A stretch of 64,000 nt of DNA, taken from an uncultured Dehalococcoidales bacterium. Lineage in GTDB: Bacteria; Chloroflexota; Dehalococcoidia; GIF9; UBA5629. The position numbers were made by a program, and so were the translations under genes. The notes beneath the pieces are model-generated. The model ran no database searches and was not told the origin of the DNA. It saw only the letters and a program-made list of their open reading frames with translations. Of this stretch, positions 19,645-29,805 are shown piece by piece. The stretch is from NCBI GenBank assembly GCA_964400675.1, contig CAYNVO010000004.1, forward strand, positions 77,723-141,722, given 5' to 3'. Every line of letters begins with the position of its first letter. Position 1 is the first letter of the stretch.

Positions 19645-20728
19645 AGTCGGTTCCGTACTGATAATAAGCGGAGCAAGAACCCTCTGAAGATACCATGCAG
19701 GGTCCTACCGGGTGCTCCGGCGTGCAGACCTTGCGGAATAATTTGCAGTCGTTAGGAGTCTTGACGCCGCGTAGTATATCGCCGCAGATACAGCCCTTCG
19801 CCTCTCGAACTGGTTCCAGAGTTACAGAAAAGGCTTGCTCGGCATCAAAACGCTCAAATTTTTTCCTCAACTTTAACCCGCTGGCTGGAACCATGCCTAT
19901 GCCCCGCCAATCGGCGCTGCCAATCTCGAAAACACTTTCCATCAGCTCTAATGCTGTTTTGTTGCCTTCAGGACTAACTACTCGACGATATGCTATTTCA
20001 ACCGTCGGCTTGCCGCTTTCGATTTGCTCTACAAGCATGGCTACGGACTGCAGAATGTCCAGTGATTCGAAGCCTGAGACTACGCAGGCAACGCCGTAAT
20101 CGCGGGGGATGAAATCGTAGGGACGGGAGCCGATTACAGCGCTGACATGCCCGGGGCAGACGATGCCGTCCAGCTTAAGTTCACCTAAATCGAGTAGTGC
20201 TTTCATTATTGGTGGGCATAGTTTGGAAAGGCAGAGAACATAAAAATTTCTAATTCCTTCGTTTTCAGCCTGAAGTATGGAAGCGGCGATAGTTGGCGCT
20301 GTGGTCTCGAAGCCGATGCCGATAAAGATGACTGACTGTGTCGGATTGTCTCTGGCGATTTGAAGCGCATCCTGTGTGGAATATACGATGCGGATGTCGG
20401 CTTTGCCAGCTCTGGCATGTTGCAGGCTGGAATAGCTGCCGGGTACTTTCATCATATCGCCGAAGGTAGTTATGATGACGTCAGGCAGATGAGCTAAAGC
20501 GATAGCCTTATCTATGTCGGCATTAGCCGTGACGCATACCGGACAGCCAGGGCCCGAGAGCATCTCAACGTTTGGAGGCAGGAGCTGGCGGATACCGTTC
20601 ATCATGATAGAGACAGTATGTCCACCGCAGAACTCCATCAATCTGGTCGGTCTGGTAGATAGCTGCTTTATCCTGGATACCAGCTTTTTGGCCAATTCAA
20701 CATCACGGTACTCGTCAATGAACTTCAT
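19637..20728 (-). CDS. hypD: Hydrogenase maturation protein HypD
   Basis: CGGHT, GPGCPVC, GFETT, PGHVS, GPCMVSSEG. Confidence 0.96.
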   Translation of the reverse strand: MKFIDEYRDVELAKKLVSRIKQLSTRPTRLMEFCGGHTVSIMMNGIRQLLPPNVEMLSGPGCPVCVTANADIDKAIALAHLPDVIITTFGDMMKVPGSYSSLQHARAGKADIRIVYSTQDALQIARDNPTQSVIFIGIGFETTAPTIAASILQAENEGIRNFYVLCLSKLCPPIMKALLDLGELKLDGIVCPGHVSAVIGSRPYDFIPRDYGVACVVSGFESLDILQSVAMLVEQIESGKPTVEIAYRRVVSPEGNKTALELMESVFEIGSADWRGIGMVPASGLKLRKKFERFDAEQAFSVTLEPVREAKGCICGDILRGVKTPNDCKLFRKVCTPEHPVGPCMVSSEGSCSAYYQYGTDYE

Positions 20729-20942
20729 CCAGGCTTGCCATCTCCTCCAGTATTTTCAAGGTCTCCTGGGCTTCGGCTTCGTTAATGACGTTTATTGCGT
20801 AGCCGGTATGGAGTAATACATAGTCACCCACCTTGACTTCAGGGGTGAGCATTATGCTGACGCGGCGCTTCACACCACCGATTTCCACCTCGGCTTCACT
20901 TCCTTCTATTGAAACAACTTTTACTGGAACAGCTAGACACAT
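20715..20942 (-). CDS. hypC: Hydrogenase chaperone HypC
   Basis: MCLAVP...VGDYVLLHTGYA; start at MCLA (20942). Confidence 0.95.
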   Translation of the reverse strand: MCLAVPVKVVSIEGSEAEVEIGGVKRRVSIMLTPEVKVGDYVLLHTGYAINVINEAEAQETLKILEEMASLDEVH

Positions 20943-20952
20943 GGTTTTCCTT

Positions 20953-23262
20953 TCATCTGTAATTGGCGATGATGGCTTGGCCCAGAGAAATGCCACCGTC
21001 ATTACAGGGCACCTGCTTGTGGGTTAGCACAGCAAAGTCTGCAGCCTCAAGCAAAGGCACGATTTCTCTTAATAGCAAACGATTCTGGAAGACTCCACCA
21101 CTCAGGGCTACCTGGTTTATTCCTGTTCTCCCGGCTATTAACTGGCACATCTCGCATATCATTTGAGCTACTGTGTTGTGAAACCTGGCTGATATTGTAG
21201 CTTTAGACGCGCCTTGGCACAAATCATCGACTATCGCTGAAAGCAGCTCTTTGAGATGGATGATGTTTACCCCATCGGTATCGATTATGGAATATGGGTA
21301 GCTTTTGTTGCCGATTTTGTCGAGAGCATCATAGGCTGCCATCTCGAGCTCAATAGCCGCCTGACCTTCATAATCTATCTCGCCCCTGATGCTTATCAAG
21401 GCTGATACGGCATCGAAGAGGCGTCCCATGCTCGAACACAATGGTGAGTTGAGACCGGTCTGAATCTGCCGATTGATAAGCTCGATTTCAACGGCATTGA
21501 TTTGCTTTAGGAAAGCCAGTTTGTGGTTAATAGAGTTCTCTCCCAGTAGCTTGAGAAGATAACCTGCGGCGGTCCGGTATGGTTTTTTTATTGCGGCAGT
21601 TCCACCGGGCAAAGGCAAGTACTCAAGATGTCCCATTCTCTGGAAACTCTTGTAATCAGCGACTAGAAATTCACCTCCCCAGATGCGCCCGTCGCTGCCA
21701 TATCCCGTGCCGTCCAGAGCCACACCGATGACGGGAGAATCGACTGCGTTGTCAACCATACAGCTAACGATGTGGGCATGATGGTGCTGAACGGGAACGA
21801 GACTGAGATGGCTGAACTGACTGCCTAGCTCTTGTGCATATTTGGTGGAAAGGTATTCTGGATGCAGGTCATAGGCAATGGTTTCAGGCTCGATGCGAAA
21901 GAGCCTTTTATACAGAGCTAGTGTGTTTTCGAAGTGTTCCAATGTTTCCAGATTTTCCATGTCGCCGATGTGCTGGCTGATGAAGGCATAGTTGTCTTTG
22001 GTTAGACAAAAGGTGTTCTTCTCCTCGGCACCACAGCCGAGCACCTGTTTGGCTTTAAAATTCAGGTGAACAGGATAGGGGGCATAACTGCGCGCCCGCC
22101 GGGTAAGCTGAGCCATGCCTCGTTCTACGAAAGTCACGCTGTCATCATACCTGGCGTATATGTCGCGGTTGTGGACCAGGAAGCAGTCGGCAATACCTGA
22201 TAGCCGCCTGATGGCTTCGTCATTATCTTTAGCGATCGGCTCTTCGCTGATATTGCCGCTGGTCATTACCAATGGCAGACCTACCCCTCTGAGCAAGAGG
22301 TGATGCAATGGGGTGTAAGGTAGCATAAGTCCGAGGTATTTTAGATTGGGGGCTATTGTCTTAGTTACCGTGGAATCCGGTTTCCATGGCAATAGCACAA
22401 TAGGGCTCTGCGGTGATTTGAGTAGCTTTTCCTCTGCCTCGGATACCAAGCAATGGCTTCTGGCTTCTTCTATGTCTGCCACCATTATGGCCAGGGGCTT
22501 GAACTCGCGCCTTTTTCTCTGGCGCAGCACTTTAACAACCTTCTCGTTAGTGGCGTCACAGGCCAGGAGAAAGCCGCCCAGACCTTTGATGGCCATGATT
22601 TTCCCGTCTTTAAGAAGCTGGCTGGCGGTAACAATGATGTCTGATGCTTCGATGTGATTTCCCTTGGAGTCAAGCAGTTCCAGCCTTGGCCCACATTTGG
22701 GGCAGGCGTTGGGCTGGGCGTGAAAACGGCGGTCGAATGGGTTGTCGTATTCTGCCTGACAATCTGGGCACATTATAAAAGAGCGCATGGTGGTTTTGGG
22801 GCGGTCATAAGGCACATCTTCTATTATGGTGAAGCGGGGTCCGCAATTGGTGCAGTTGGTGAATGGGTAATGATAGCGTCTGTCTTCGAGGCTGAAAATT
22901 TCCCTGAGGCAAGCCTGGCAGGTGGCGATATCAGGGGACACAGGCTGATACTTTCCTTCTTCGGCGATGCTGTGGCGGATTTCAAAGCTTGTGTATTCTG
23001 CCGGAGGGTGATAGGTAACGGAGATGCTTTCTATGTGAGCCAGCGGAGGCGCGTTGTTTTGAAGCTCGGACAAGAAGCGCTTAATGTCTTTATTTTCACC
23101 CTGGACTTCGATTTTGACATCTTCGGAGGTGTTGCACACCCAGCCTTTCAGATTGTATTTGCTAGCTAGCTGGTAAACGAAAGGCCTGAAGCCAACTCCT
23201 TGCACTACGCCGCGAGCGCTGATTTGCACCAATTCTAATGTGACAACTTTAGCCATGAGCAT
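20953..23262 (-). CDS. hypF: Carbamoyltransferase HypF
   Basis: GVVQGVGFRPF, CTNCGPR, RRFHAQPNAC, QHHHAH, NDGGISLGQ. Confidence 0.96.
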   Translation of the reverse strand: MLMAKVVTLELVQISARGVVQGVGFRPFVYQLASKYNLKGWVCNTSEDVKIEVQGENKDIKRFLSELQNNAPPLAHIESISVTYHPPAEYTSFEIRHSIAEEGKYQPVSPDIATCQACLREIFSLEDRRYHYPFTNCTNCGPRFTIIEDVPYDRPKTTMRSFIMCPDCQAEYDNPFDRRFHAQPNACPKCGPRLELLDSKGNHIEASDIIVTASQLLKDGKIMAIKGLGGFLLACDATNEKVVKVLRQRKRREFKPLAIMVADIEEARSHCLVSEAEEKLLKSPQSPIVLLPWKPDSTVTKTIAPNLKYLGLMLPYTPLHHLLLRGVGLPLVMTSGNISEEPIAKDNDEAIRRLSGIADCFLVHNRDIYARYDDSVTFVERGMAQLTRRARSYAPYPVHLNFKAKQVLGCGAEEKNTFCLTKDNYAFISQHIGDMENLETLEHFENTLALYKRLFRIEPETIAYDLHPEYLSTKYAQELGSQFSHLSLVPVQHHHAHIVSCMVDNAVDSPVIGVALDGTGYGSDGRIWGGEFLVADYKSFQRMGHLEYLPLPGGTAAIKKPYRTAAGYLLKLLGENSINHKLAFLKQINAVEIELINRQIQTGLNSPLCSSMGRLFDAVSALISIRGEIDYEGQAAIELEMAAYDALDKIGNKSYPYSIIDTDGVNIIHLKELLSAIVDDLCQGASKATISARFHNTVAQMICEMCQLIAGRTGINQVALSGGVFQNRLLLREIVPLLEAADFAVLTHKQVPCNDGGISLGQAIIANYR

Positions 23263-23410
23263 ATGAATTTTACTTTAGATAGGTGACTGGAGCAAATTTG
23301 AGCCATTTTTTCAGAGGTGGCTACACTTGCTTGACATGAGTGATATCTGGTGCTACGATAGCCTCGCTACACGAGGCATAATAGACTATCATATGGGTAG
23401 CAAAGGTATA

Positions 23411-23713
23411 ATGGGCATCGCTATCATCGCTGACAGCATTTCCTGTATTACGAAAAAACAAGCTGAAGACTACGGGATTAGCATAATCCCGGTCAATATA
23501 CTGTTCAATGGTCAGATTTCTCGAGACGTTATAGACCTGAGTTCGGCTCAGACATATGAGTTTCTGGAAGAAGCCGAAAGGCTCAAGGAAAAAGTAGCCG
23601 CTGAATTCAATTGCGTTGAGAGTTTCATTACTGATTTAAGCCCTGTTATGGGTTATGCCACCGGGCGGGGGACACTCGCTCTGGCTTACTATAAGGAGGG
23701 CAGCTTTGCTTAA
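23411..23713 (+). pseudogene. Internally deleted DegV/FakB-like gene (N- and C-termini fused, ~100 aa)
   Basis: IAIIADS...YGISIIPV.I.F.G...RD..D joins directly to EAERLKE...LSPVMG.ATGRGTL; DegV is normally ~280 aa. Confidence 0.65.
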
Positions 23714-24299
23714 TGAGGTCATAGCAGTAGTTCTGGGTTATCTGATAGGTTCCATTCCGTCAGCTTATATTATCGGGCGTTTAGTGGGCAAGATAGATTT
23801 GCGTCCGGAGGGCGATGGAAAGATAAGCGCAGCGGCTGTGCACAGGAAGCTGGGCGTTGTGCCGTTTGTAGTGGTTGTCATAATGGATGTGGGCGTGGGG
23901 GTGTTGTCTGTTTTGATTGCCAAAATGCTCACCGATGCTCCATTAGACGTATTTACCGATTCTCAATTAGTTGTATTGATTGCTGGCTTTGCTGCGGTGG
24001 TTGGCCATAACTGGTCTGTCTTTTTGAAATTCAGAGGAGGGCTGGGTGCAACGACAATTTTTGGAGTGCTTGTTACCCTGGTGTGGTGGCAGTTTTTAGT
24101 AGTGGCGGCAGCAGCCTTCATTATATTCCTCATCATGAAAAGAAAGAAATCGGGGCTGATGACTGCAATTTTGATTGTTGCGTTATCTCTTCTTCTTTTT
24201 ATCCAGAGAGCACCCCTGATTCTGGTAATATATCCTTTAATTCTGATTCTGCTTATGCTTCTAAAGCGTTTTCAGATAAGCAAGACAGGTTCCCGATGA
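23706..24299 (+). CDS. plsY: Glycerol-3-phosphate acyltransferase PlsY
   Basis: GYLIGSIP and GHNWSVFLKFRGG.G motifs; TTG start after GGAGG. Confidence 0.85.
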   Translation: MLNEVIAVVLGYLIGSIPSAYIIGRLVGKIDLRPEGDGKISAAAVHRKLGVVPFVVVVIMDVGVGVLSVLIAKMLTDAPLDVFTDSQLVVLIAGFAAVVGHNWSVFLKFRGGLGATTIFGVLVTLVWWQFLVVAAAAFIIFLIMKRKKSGLMTAILIVALSLLLFIQRAPLILVIYPLILILLMLLKRFQISKTGSR

Positions 24300-24359
24300 T
24301 TCCTGGCCGGGTATTTATTTAGATGCCAGGTATTCAGTTTTCAGTACCGCCGCTATATT

Positions 24360-27020
24360 TTAATAAGCCTGCGTGTAAATTTGTAGAACTTCGTTCGGGT
24401 CATGGACAGGACGCCCATTGAATAGTACAGCCGTGTCTGCAATGGCATGAAAGGCGCATATTGCCAAGTTATCCTCCGGTACGCCCATATCACGCAGCCT
24501 CATGGGATGGCCTACTTTCATCATCAGTGCTTCTACTGTGTCTGCTGCTGCCAGGGCGGCATCCCGCTCCGTCATGCCAGCAGTGTTAACGCCCAGGGCC
24601 TGTGCTACCAGAGCCAGTTTGTCAGTGGCATGATCAACGTTGTACCGCATCACCTTGGGGAGAATTATGCCGCAGGCCGCTCCGTGTGGGACATGGTGCA
24701 GTGTTCCTATGGTATGTGCCATGCCATGCGCCAGGCCGACCTGGGCAATGGTGAAGGCCCATCCTGCCATGGTAGCCGCTAGCTGCATGTTGAGCCGTGC
24801 CTTTTCATTCTTGCCATCAGCTATGACGAGCGGCAGATTCTCGTTGATAAGGCGTATAGCCTGCAATGCCTGACCATCACATATCTGGTTTGCCATTGTG
24901 CTCGTCATCGCCTCAATGGCATGTGTCATGGCATCCATAGCTGTACTAACAGTCATATCTTTAGGCAGGGATATGGTAAGGCGCGGGTCCAGAATAGCCA
25001 CATTCGGCATTATTCGTGCGTCTACAATGAAGAGTTTACGCCCGGCACTCTTGCTTGTAAGGACAGCAATATTTGTTACTTCGCTGCCAGTTCCCGCTGT
25101 TGTTGGAATGGCGATATGAGGGGTCTGCGGCTCAGTAAGTACCAGGAAGTTTAGGTAATCGTTTGCCTTGCCGCCATTATTTAAGGTTACACAGACCCCT
25201 TTGGCAGTATCGATAACGCTGCCGCCGCCGATGCTGACGATGCAGTCCGCCTTCAGTTCACGGGCCATGGCGGTGGCTGCATCTACAGTTTCCAGGTCAG
25301 GGTCCGACGGGATCTTGTCATATATGCCCACACAGAAATCGGCAAGTGCGTTTTTAACCAGTTCGGCAAGCCCTGCCTGCCTTACGCCGGGATCGGTGAG
25401 AACCAGAGCCCGGAGACAGCCAAGGTCGACAACAGCCTTGCTGATTGAAGCCAGTGACCCATGGCCAGCGACTACATTAGTGGGGCAGTTGTATCCAAAA
25501 CCGTCTACTTTCTTATAGTCTGACAAAAGCTGGAAGTACATATTGCTCTTCGCATCCGCCATAGAGCTAATATGTATTCGCTTGACCTGTGTATATTCGC
25601 GCAGGCTTTCCAGACCGAATTCACGGCCCACACCAGACTGCTTGTAGCCGCCAAAGGGGCAGAAATCGGAAAAGATATGGTAATTGTTTATCCACATTGT
25701 GCCGGTGCGGACGCCGCGGGCTACAAGCTCGGCCCTGGCCGTGTTGGTCGAAAATACTCCGCCTGCCAGGCCGTATGTGGAATCATTGGCTATGGCTACT
25801 GCCTCTTCGTCGCTGTCGTATTTTATGAGGCAGACAACCGGGCCGAATATCTCTTCCTGCGCAATGCGCATTTTGTTATTTACATTGGCAAAGATGGTTG
25901 GAGCATAGTAGAACCCTCCGTTGATTCCTGCAACCTCGACACGTTTGCCGCCGGTTATTAATTCCGCACCCTCTTCCTGCCCCAGTTTGACGTAACGTTC
26001 GACCGTGGCCAGTTGTTCCTTGCTGACGAGAGGCCCCATGTGAGAGGTCGGGTCCATCTGGTATCCGATACGTAGAGATTCAGCTCGTTTTTTCATCATG
26101 CCAAGAAACTCATCGTAGATTTTTGAGGCGACCAGTACGCGGGTGCCAGATGAGCATACCTGTCCCTGGTGGAAGAAAGTGCCGTAGCAGGCGCCTTCCA
26201 CGGCTAGGTCCATATCCGCATCGTCGAGGATTATATTGGCCGACTTACCGCCGAGCTCGAGGGTAACCTTTTTCACCGTATCGGACGCCATTTTCATGAT
26301 TTCACGCCCGACTTCTGTGCTTCCAGTGAAGGCTATCTTGTCCACATCCGGGTGTGTACAGAGGACTTTGCCCAGCTCTCCTCCAGGTCCGGTTATGACA
26401 TTTACTACCCCATTGGGAATACCTGCCGCTTTGGCGGCTTCAGCAATGATAAGTGAACTCAATGGAGTCACCGAAGCTGGTTTCAAAACGATGGTATTCC
26501 CCATTATAAGAGCCGGGGTGAGCTTCCAGAAGGCTATATACATGGGGAAGTTCCAGGGGACGATTCCCACACACACTCCAACCGGCTCCCTGCGGATAAA
26601 TTCACGGCCAGGAGCAAACGCATTCCCGGATACCGGTATTTCCTCCTCCCAGGGAAATTTTGTGACTGCTGCCAGGCTCAAATTGCGTATCAAAGTTATA
26701 CTGATTAAGGGCATGAACTTGGCCAGCGACATGACCTGGCCTGAGTCCATGCACTCGGTTGCAGCCAGACGCAGTCCCTGCTGTGCTATCTGATCTGCAA
26801 AATCCTGCATTTTTGCCAGCCGCGTGGTCGGAGTAAGACCGCTCCAGATTCCACTATCGAAAGCCTTACGCGCCGCCGCTATAGCCGCCTCTGCATCGGC
26901 TTTTCCTGCCTGCGCTACTGTGGCTATAGGAGATTCAGTACCGGGATCGATCGATTCGAAGGTCTTTCCGTCTGCGGCATCGACAAATTCACCATTGATA
27001 AACAGTTTATAGTGCTCCAT
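24360..27020 (-). CDS. Fusion of a non-acylating aldehyde dehydrogenase and an iron-type alcohol dehydrogenase
   Basis: PWNFP, FTGS, LELGGKS, GQVC, EEIFGP, PFGGYKQSG followed by GGGSVID, PTTAGTGSE, DAMTHAIE, H...H...HG. Confidence 0.9.
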   Translation of the reverse strand: MEHYKLFINGEFVDAADGKTFESIDPGTESPIATVAQAGKADAEAAIAAARKAFDSGIWSGLTPTTRLAKMQDFADQIAQQGLRLAATECMDSGQVMSLAKFMPLISITLIRNLSLAAVTKFPWEEEIPVSGNAFAPGREFIRREPVGVCVGIVPWNFPMYIAFWKLTPALIMGNTIVLKPASVTPLSSLIIAEAAKAAGIPNGVVNVITGPGGELGKVLCTHPDVDKIAFTGSTEVGREIMKMASDTVKKVTLELGGKSANIILDDADMDLAVEGACYGTFFHQGQVCSSGTRVLVASKIYDEFLGMMKKRAESLRIGYQMDPTSHMGPLVSKEQLATVERYVKLGQEEGAELITGGKRVEVAGINGGFYYAPTIFANVNNKMRIAQEEIFGPVVCLIKYDSDEEAVAIANDSTYGLAGGVFSTNTARAELVARGVRTGTMWINNYHIFSDFCPFGGYKQSGVGREFGLESLREYTQVKRIHISSMADAKSNMYFQLLSDYKKVDGFGYNCPTNVVAGHGSLASISKAVVDLGCLRALVLTDPGVRQAGLAELVKNALADFCVGIYDKIPSDPDLETVDAATAMARELKADCIVSIGGGSVIDTAKGVCVTLNNGGKANDYLNFLVLTEPQTPHIAIPTTAGTGSEVTNIAVLTSKSAGRKLFIVDARIMPNVAILDPRLTISLPKDMTVSTAMDAMTHAIEAMTSTMANQICDGQALQAIRLINENLPLVIADGKNEKARLNMQLAATMAGWAFTIAQVGLAHGMAHTIGTLHHVPHGAACGIILPKVMRYNVDHATDKLALVAQALGVNTAGMTERDAALAAADTVEALMMKVGHPMRLRDMGVPEDNLAICAFHAIADTAVLFNGRPVHDPNEVLQIYTQAY

Positions 27021-27136
27021 TTGCTACCTCCTTTTAATGTTTAATGTGCTTCTAAATGGCGGCAAAATATCAATTGTCATAGGACGGACTTTAAACAGGC
27101 TGTTTTTACCAGTACCACCAACTTTGAATATAGTTA

Positions 27137-28156
27137 CTATTCTGACGCGTATTTGCCGTTTTTGATGGCTTCGACTATTCTCTGCTTTGCGGAGTGATAG
27201 GCAAGATAGATGGCGCTGGTGATAGCTTTGGCCCGGCTACGGCCATGAGCTACGACGATGTTACCTTCCAGCCCCAGAAGACAAGCTCCGCCGTATTCTT
27301 TGTAGTCCAGATTTTTAACAGTCGCATTCAGTTGTACGTACTGCGCTAGTGCGGCACCCGTGAGGTAACGGTCGATTTGAGCGGCTTGTCCCAACTCCAA
27401 CAAACTCTGGACAACTTGCGAATATCCCTCTATAGTCTTAACCAATACGTTACCGGTGAAGCCGTCAGTAACAATTACATCAGCCTTCCCCTGCAGGACA
27501 TCAAAACCTTCTATATTGCCGATGAAGTTCAGGTCGGTCTTCTTTATGAGCTGGTAAGCCTCCTTAGCCAAAGTGCTGCCTTTAAGTTCCTCTGCGCCGA
27601 CGTTTAATAGTCCCACTCGTGGTGAGCTTATATCGATAACCTTTTCGGCTAGAATGCTGGCGAGTTGGGCGAACTGAACCAGAAAGATGGGGCGACAGTT
27701 GACGTTGACCCCGCCATCAATAATTAGAGTCGGCTGAGGTTGGTTGAGATAGGCTACGGCGCATAATGCCAACCGCTGGACGCCCTCTATCGCTTTCAGA
27801 TTGAGAAAGGAGGCGACTACTGTGGCTCCTGTACTGCCAGCGGAGACGAAGCCATCGGCAATGCCATCTTTTACCAGCCTGACTCCGACCGCTACTGACG
27901 AATCCGGCTTGTTCTGTACTGCCTGTATTGGCTCTTCGCCGTCCATGACGACCTGGCTGGCCTGGACGATGGAAATGTTTGACTTTCTCGCGGAGCGCCT
28001 TAGCAGCATCTCGAGTACGGTTTTATTGCCCACGAGAGCGATATCTATCGGGAACTCTTTAACTGCTTCGATGGCTCCTTTAATTACTTCCCGTGGAGCG
28101 TATTCACCGCCTGCAGCATCTACGGCAATTAGCAATTTGTTTACCTCGTCTATCAA
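27137..28156 (-). CDS. plsX: Phosphate acyltransferase PlsX
   Basis: AVDAAGG, SAGSTGA, LLNVGAE..KG, VTDGFTGN, GG..LLGL, HGRS. Confidence 0.93.
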   Translation of the reverse strand: MIDEVNKLLIAVDAAGGEYAPREVIKGAIEAVKEFPIDIALVGNKTVLEMLLRRSARKSNISIVQASQVVMDGEEPIQAVQNKPDSSVAVGVRLVKDGIADGFVSAGSTGATVVASFLNLKAIEGVQRLALCAVAYLNQPQPTLIIDGGVNVNCRPIFLVQFAQLASILAEKVIDISSPRVGLLNVGAEELKGSTLAKEAYQLIKKTDLNFIGNIEGFDVLQGKADVIVTDGFTGNVLVKTIEGYSQVVQSLLELGQAAQIDRYLTGAALAQYVQLNATVKNLDYKEYGGACLLGLEGNIVVAHGRSRAKAITSAIYLAYHSAKQRIVEAIKNGKYASE

Positions 28157-28310
28157 AACAGCCCTGAATATTCAGAGCTATGATGGTGATTAAAGACTTT
28201 AGCGAGTCCGCCCCTTTTTGTCAAGGACGAGTATCCCGTATTTTTGAAAAGCTGAAGGCGAAAGCCTATAATTCAAAGGTTAAGTTTAAGGAGGTTTCAC
28301 AGCTAATACG

Positions 28311-28655
28311 GTGCATGAATTAGCCATTACACAGAATATACTGGATATTGTCTTAAAAGAGGCAGAATCGGCTCAGGCGAATAAGGTCACCAAGATAAAT
28401 TTGGTCATCGGCGAGTTGTCAGGGACTGTCAGCGATTGCGTGCAATTCTACTTCGATTTTCTTAAGAAAGGCAATGCAGCCGAAGTGGCCGTACTTGATT
28501 TTAAACTGGTGCCAGCAGAGCTGCGATGTCGAGATTGCCTGACTACCTTTAAGCCGAAGGATTCAGCCTGGGTCTGCCCGAGTTGCAAGGGCACTAGCCT
28601 TGACGTGATTAGCGGACGAGAATGCTACGTGGAAAGTATAGAGATCGAACAATGA
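28311..28655 (+). CDS. hypA: Nickel metallochaperone HypA
   Basis: MHELAI, CxxC...CPxC, GRE. Confidence 0.95.
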   Translation: MHELAITQNILDIVLKEAESAQANKVTKINLVIGELSGTVSDCVQFYFDFLKKGNAAEVAVLDFKLVPAELRCRDCLTTFKPKDSAWVCPSCKGTSLDVISGRECYVESIEIEQ

Positions 28656-29785
28656 ATACACCGGAGGTAATCGTTAAGGCAGAAGATAATGGGGAAGGTA
28701 TGGTTATACACTACAAGACCAGCAAAGGGACCGATGTCTTTGGACTTGCCATACCTAACATATATACCCATACCGATTGGGACCTTGGGCCTACGTGGTG
28801 CTATTTGATTGCTGGCCGGAAGACTACTCTTATTGACACTGGCAGGATTGGAAACTTTGAGGTTTTTGGTTCTCTTCTAAAGTTGACTGGCAAGGGATTT
28901 TCGGATATTGATAGAATCGTTATTACCCATAGCCATGAAGACCATGATGGCAATTTGGCTGAAATAATCTCTGTATCGGAGGCTGAGTTGTGGGCACACA
29001 CAATTTACCGCCAGATGATTTCTTATCATCCTCATGTAACGGATGGTGCCCCGCATCCTGAGCTACCTGGGTCTTGTCGTCTCTGTACAATGCCTGAGGT
29101 CTTCTATTCTGAGAACTGTCTGACATATCATAAGGCAAGAAGTTCCCTCAAAGTCGACTTTGCTATTAAGGATGACCAGGAACTGCCGGACGAGGATCTA
29201 AACTTCTTATTTACCCCGGGGCACAGTCCTGACTCGCTGTGCATCGTTTTAGAGGAGGAAGCTATATTTCCCGGTGATACTTTGTTGCCTGGTATTACTT
29301 CTCATCCTTCCCTGGCGTATGCTTTTAAGGTCAATCATCGGATTTTGCCAGAAGAATATCGACAAAGAAATGATGTATATGGGCTGATGAACTATATCAA
29401 GTCTTTAAGCAAGATAGCCCATCTTGCTGCTCGGTCACTTAAGGCTACCTTCCCCGCCCATCGCCTGTTTGATAATGGTCAGTTCAATCTGCTTGATAGT
29501 TCTGAGAGGGCTAAGGAAGCCATCCTGTTTCATATTGACCGCTGCCGCGATATCCTGAGAATTATTGACGGCAGACCGACTAGCATAGAAGATATTGTAG
29601 TCCAGCATTTTCCTCCTTCGCGGCTCTCTGGTATGGGGAAAGCATTGGCGGAAAATGAAATCAGGGCTCATCTCGAGATTATGATGGAGTGTGGCGATAT
29701 TCGCTGGACTGGCGAAAATAAAAAGCTAGTCCAGCACACCGGGTCGGGAAATTGCCTGGGTGTCATAGGCTCTTACTTGGGCTAA
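28652..29785 (+). CDS. MBL-fold metallo-hydrolase
   Basis: LIDTG, THSHEDHDG, TPGHS, GD, PAH. Confidence 0.85.
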   Translation: MNTPEVIVKAEDNGEGMVIHYKTSKGTDVFGLAIPNIYTHTDWDLGPTWCYLIAGRKTTLIDTGRIGNFEVFGSLLKLTGKGFSDIDRIVITHSHEDHDGNLAEIISVSEAELWAHTIYRQMISYHPHVTDGAPHPELPGSCRLCTMPEVFYSENCLTYHKARSSLKVDFAIKDDQELPDEDLNFLFTPGHSPDSLCIVLEEEAIFPGDTLLPGITSHPSLAYAFKVNHRILPEEYRQRNDVYGLMNYIKSLSKIAHLAARSLKATFPAHRLFDNGQFNLLDSSERAKEAILFHIDRCRDILRIIDGRPTSIEDIVVQHFPPSRLSGMGKALAENEIRAHLEIMMECGDIRWTGENKKLVQHTGSGNCLGVIGSYLG

Positions 29786-29805
29786 TAGCGGTCGGATTGC
29801 TGAGT

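Noticed and set aside
24360-27020. Calling the fusion adhE
   Set aside because: The ALDH half has non-acylating family motifs.
28311-29785. Absence of hypB next to hypA as a novel maturation route
   Set aside because: hypB may lie elsewhere in the genome; nothing in the window supports the MBL hydrolase replacing it.
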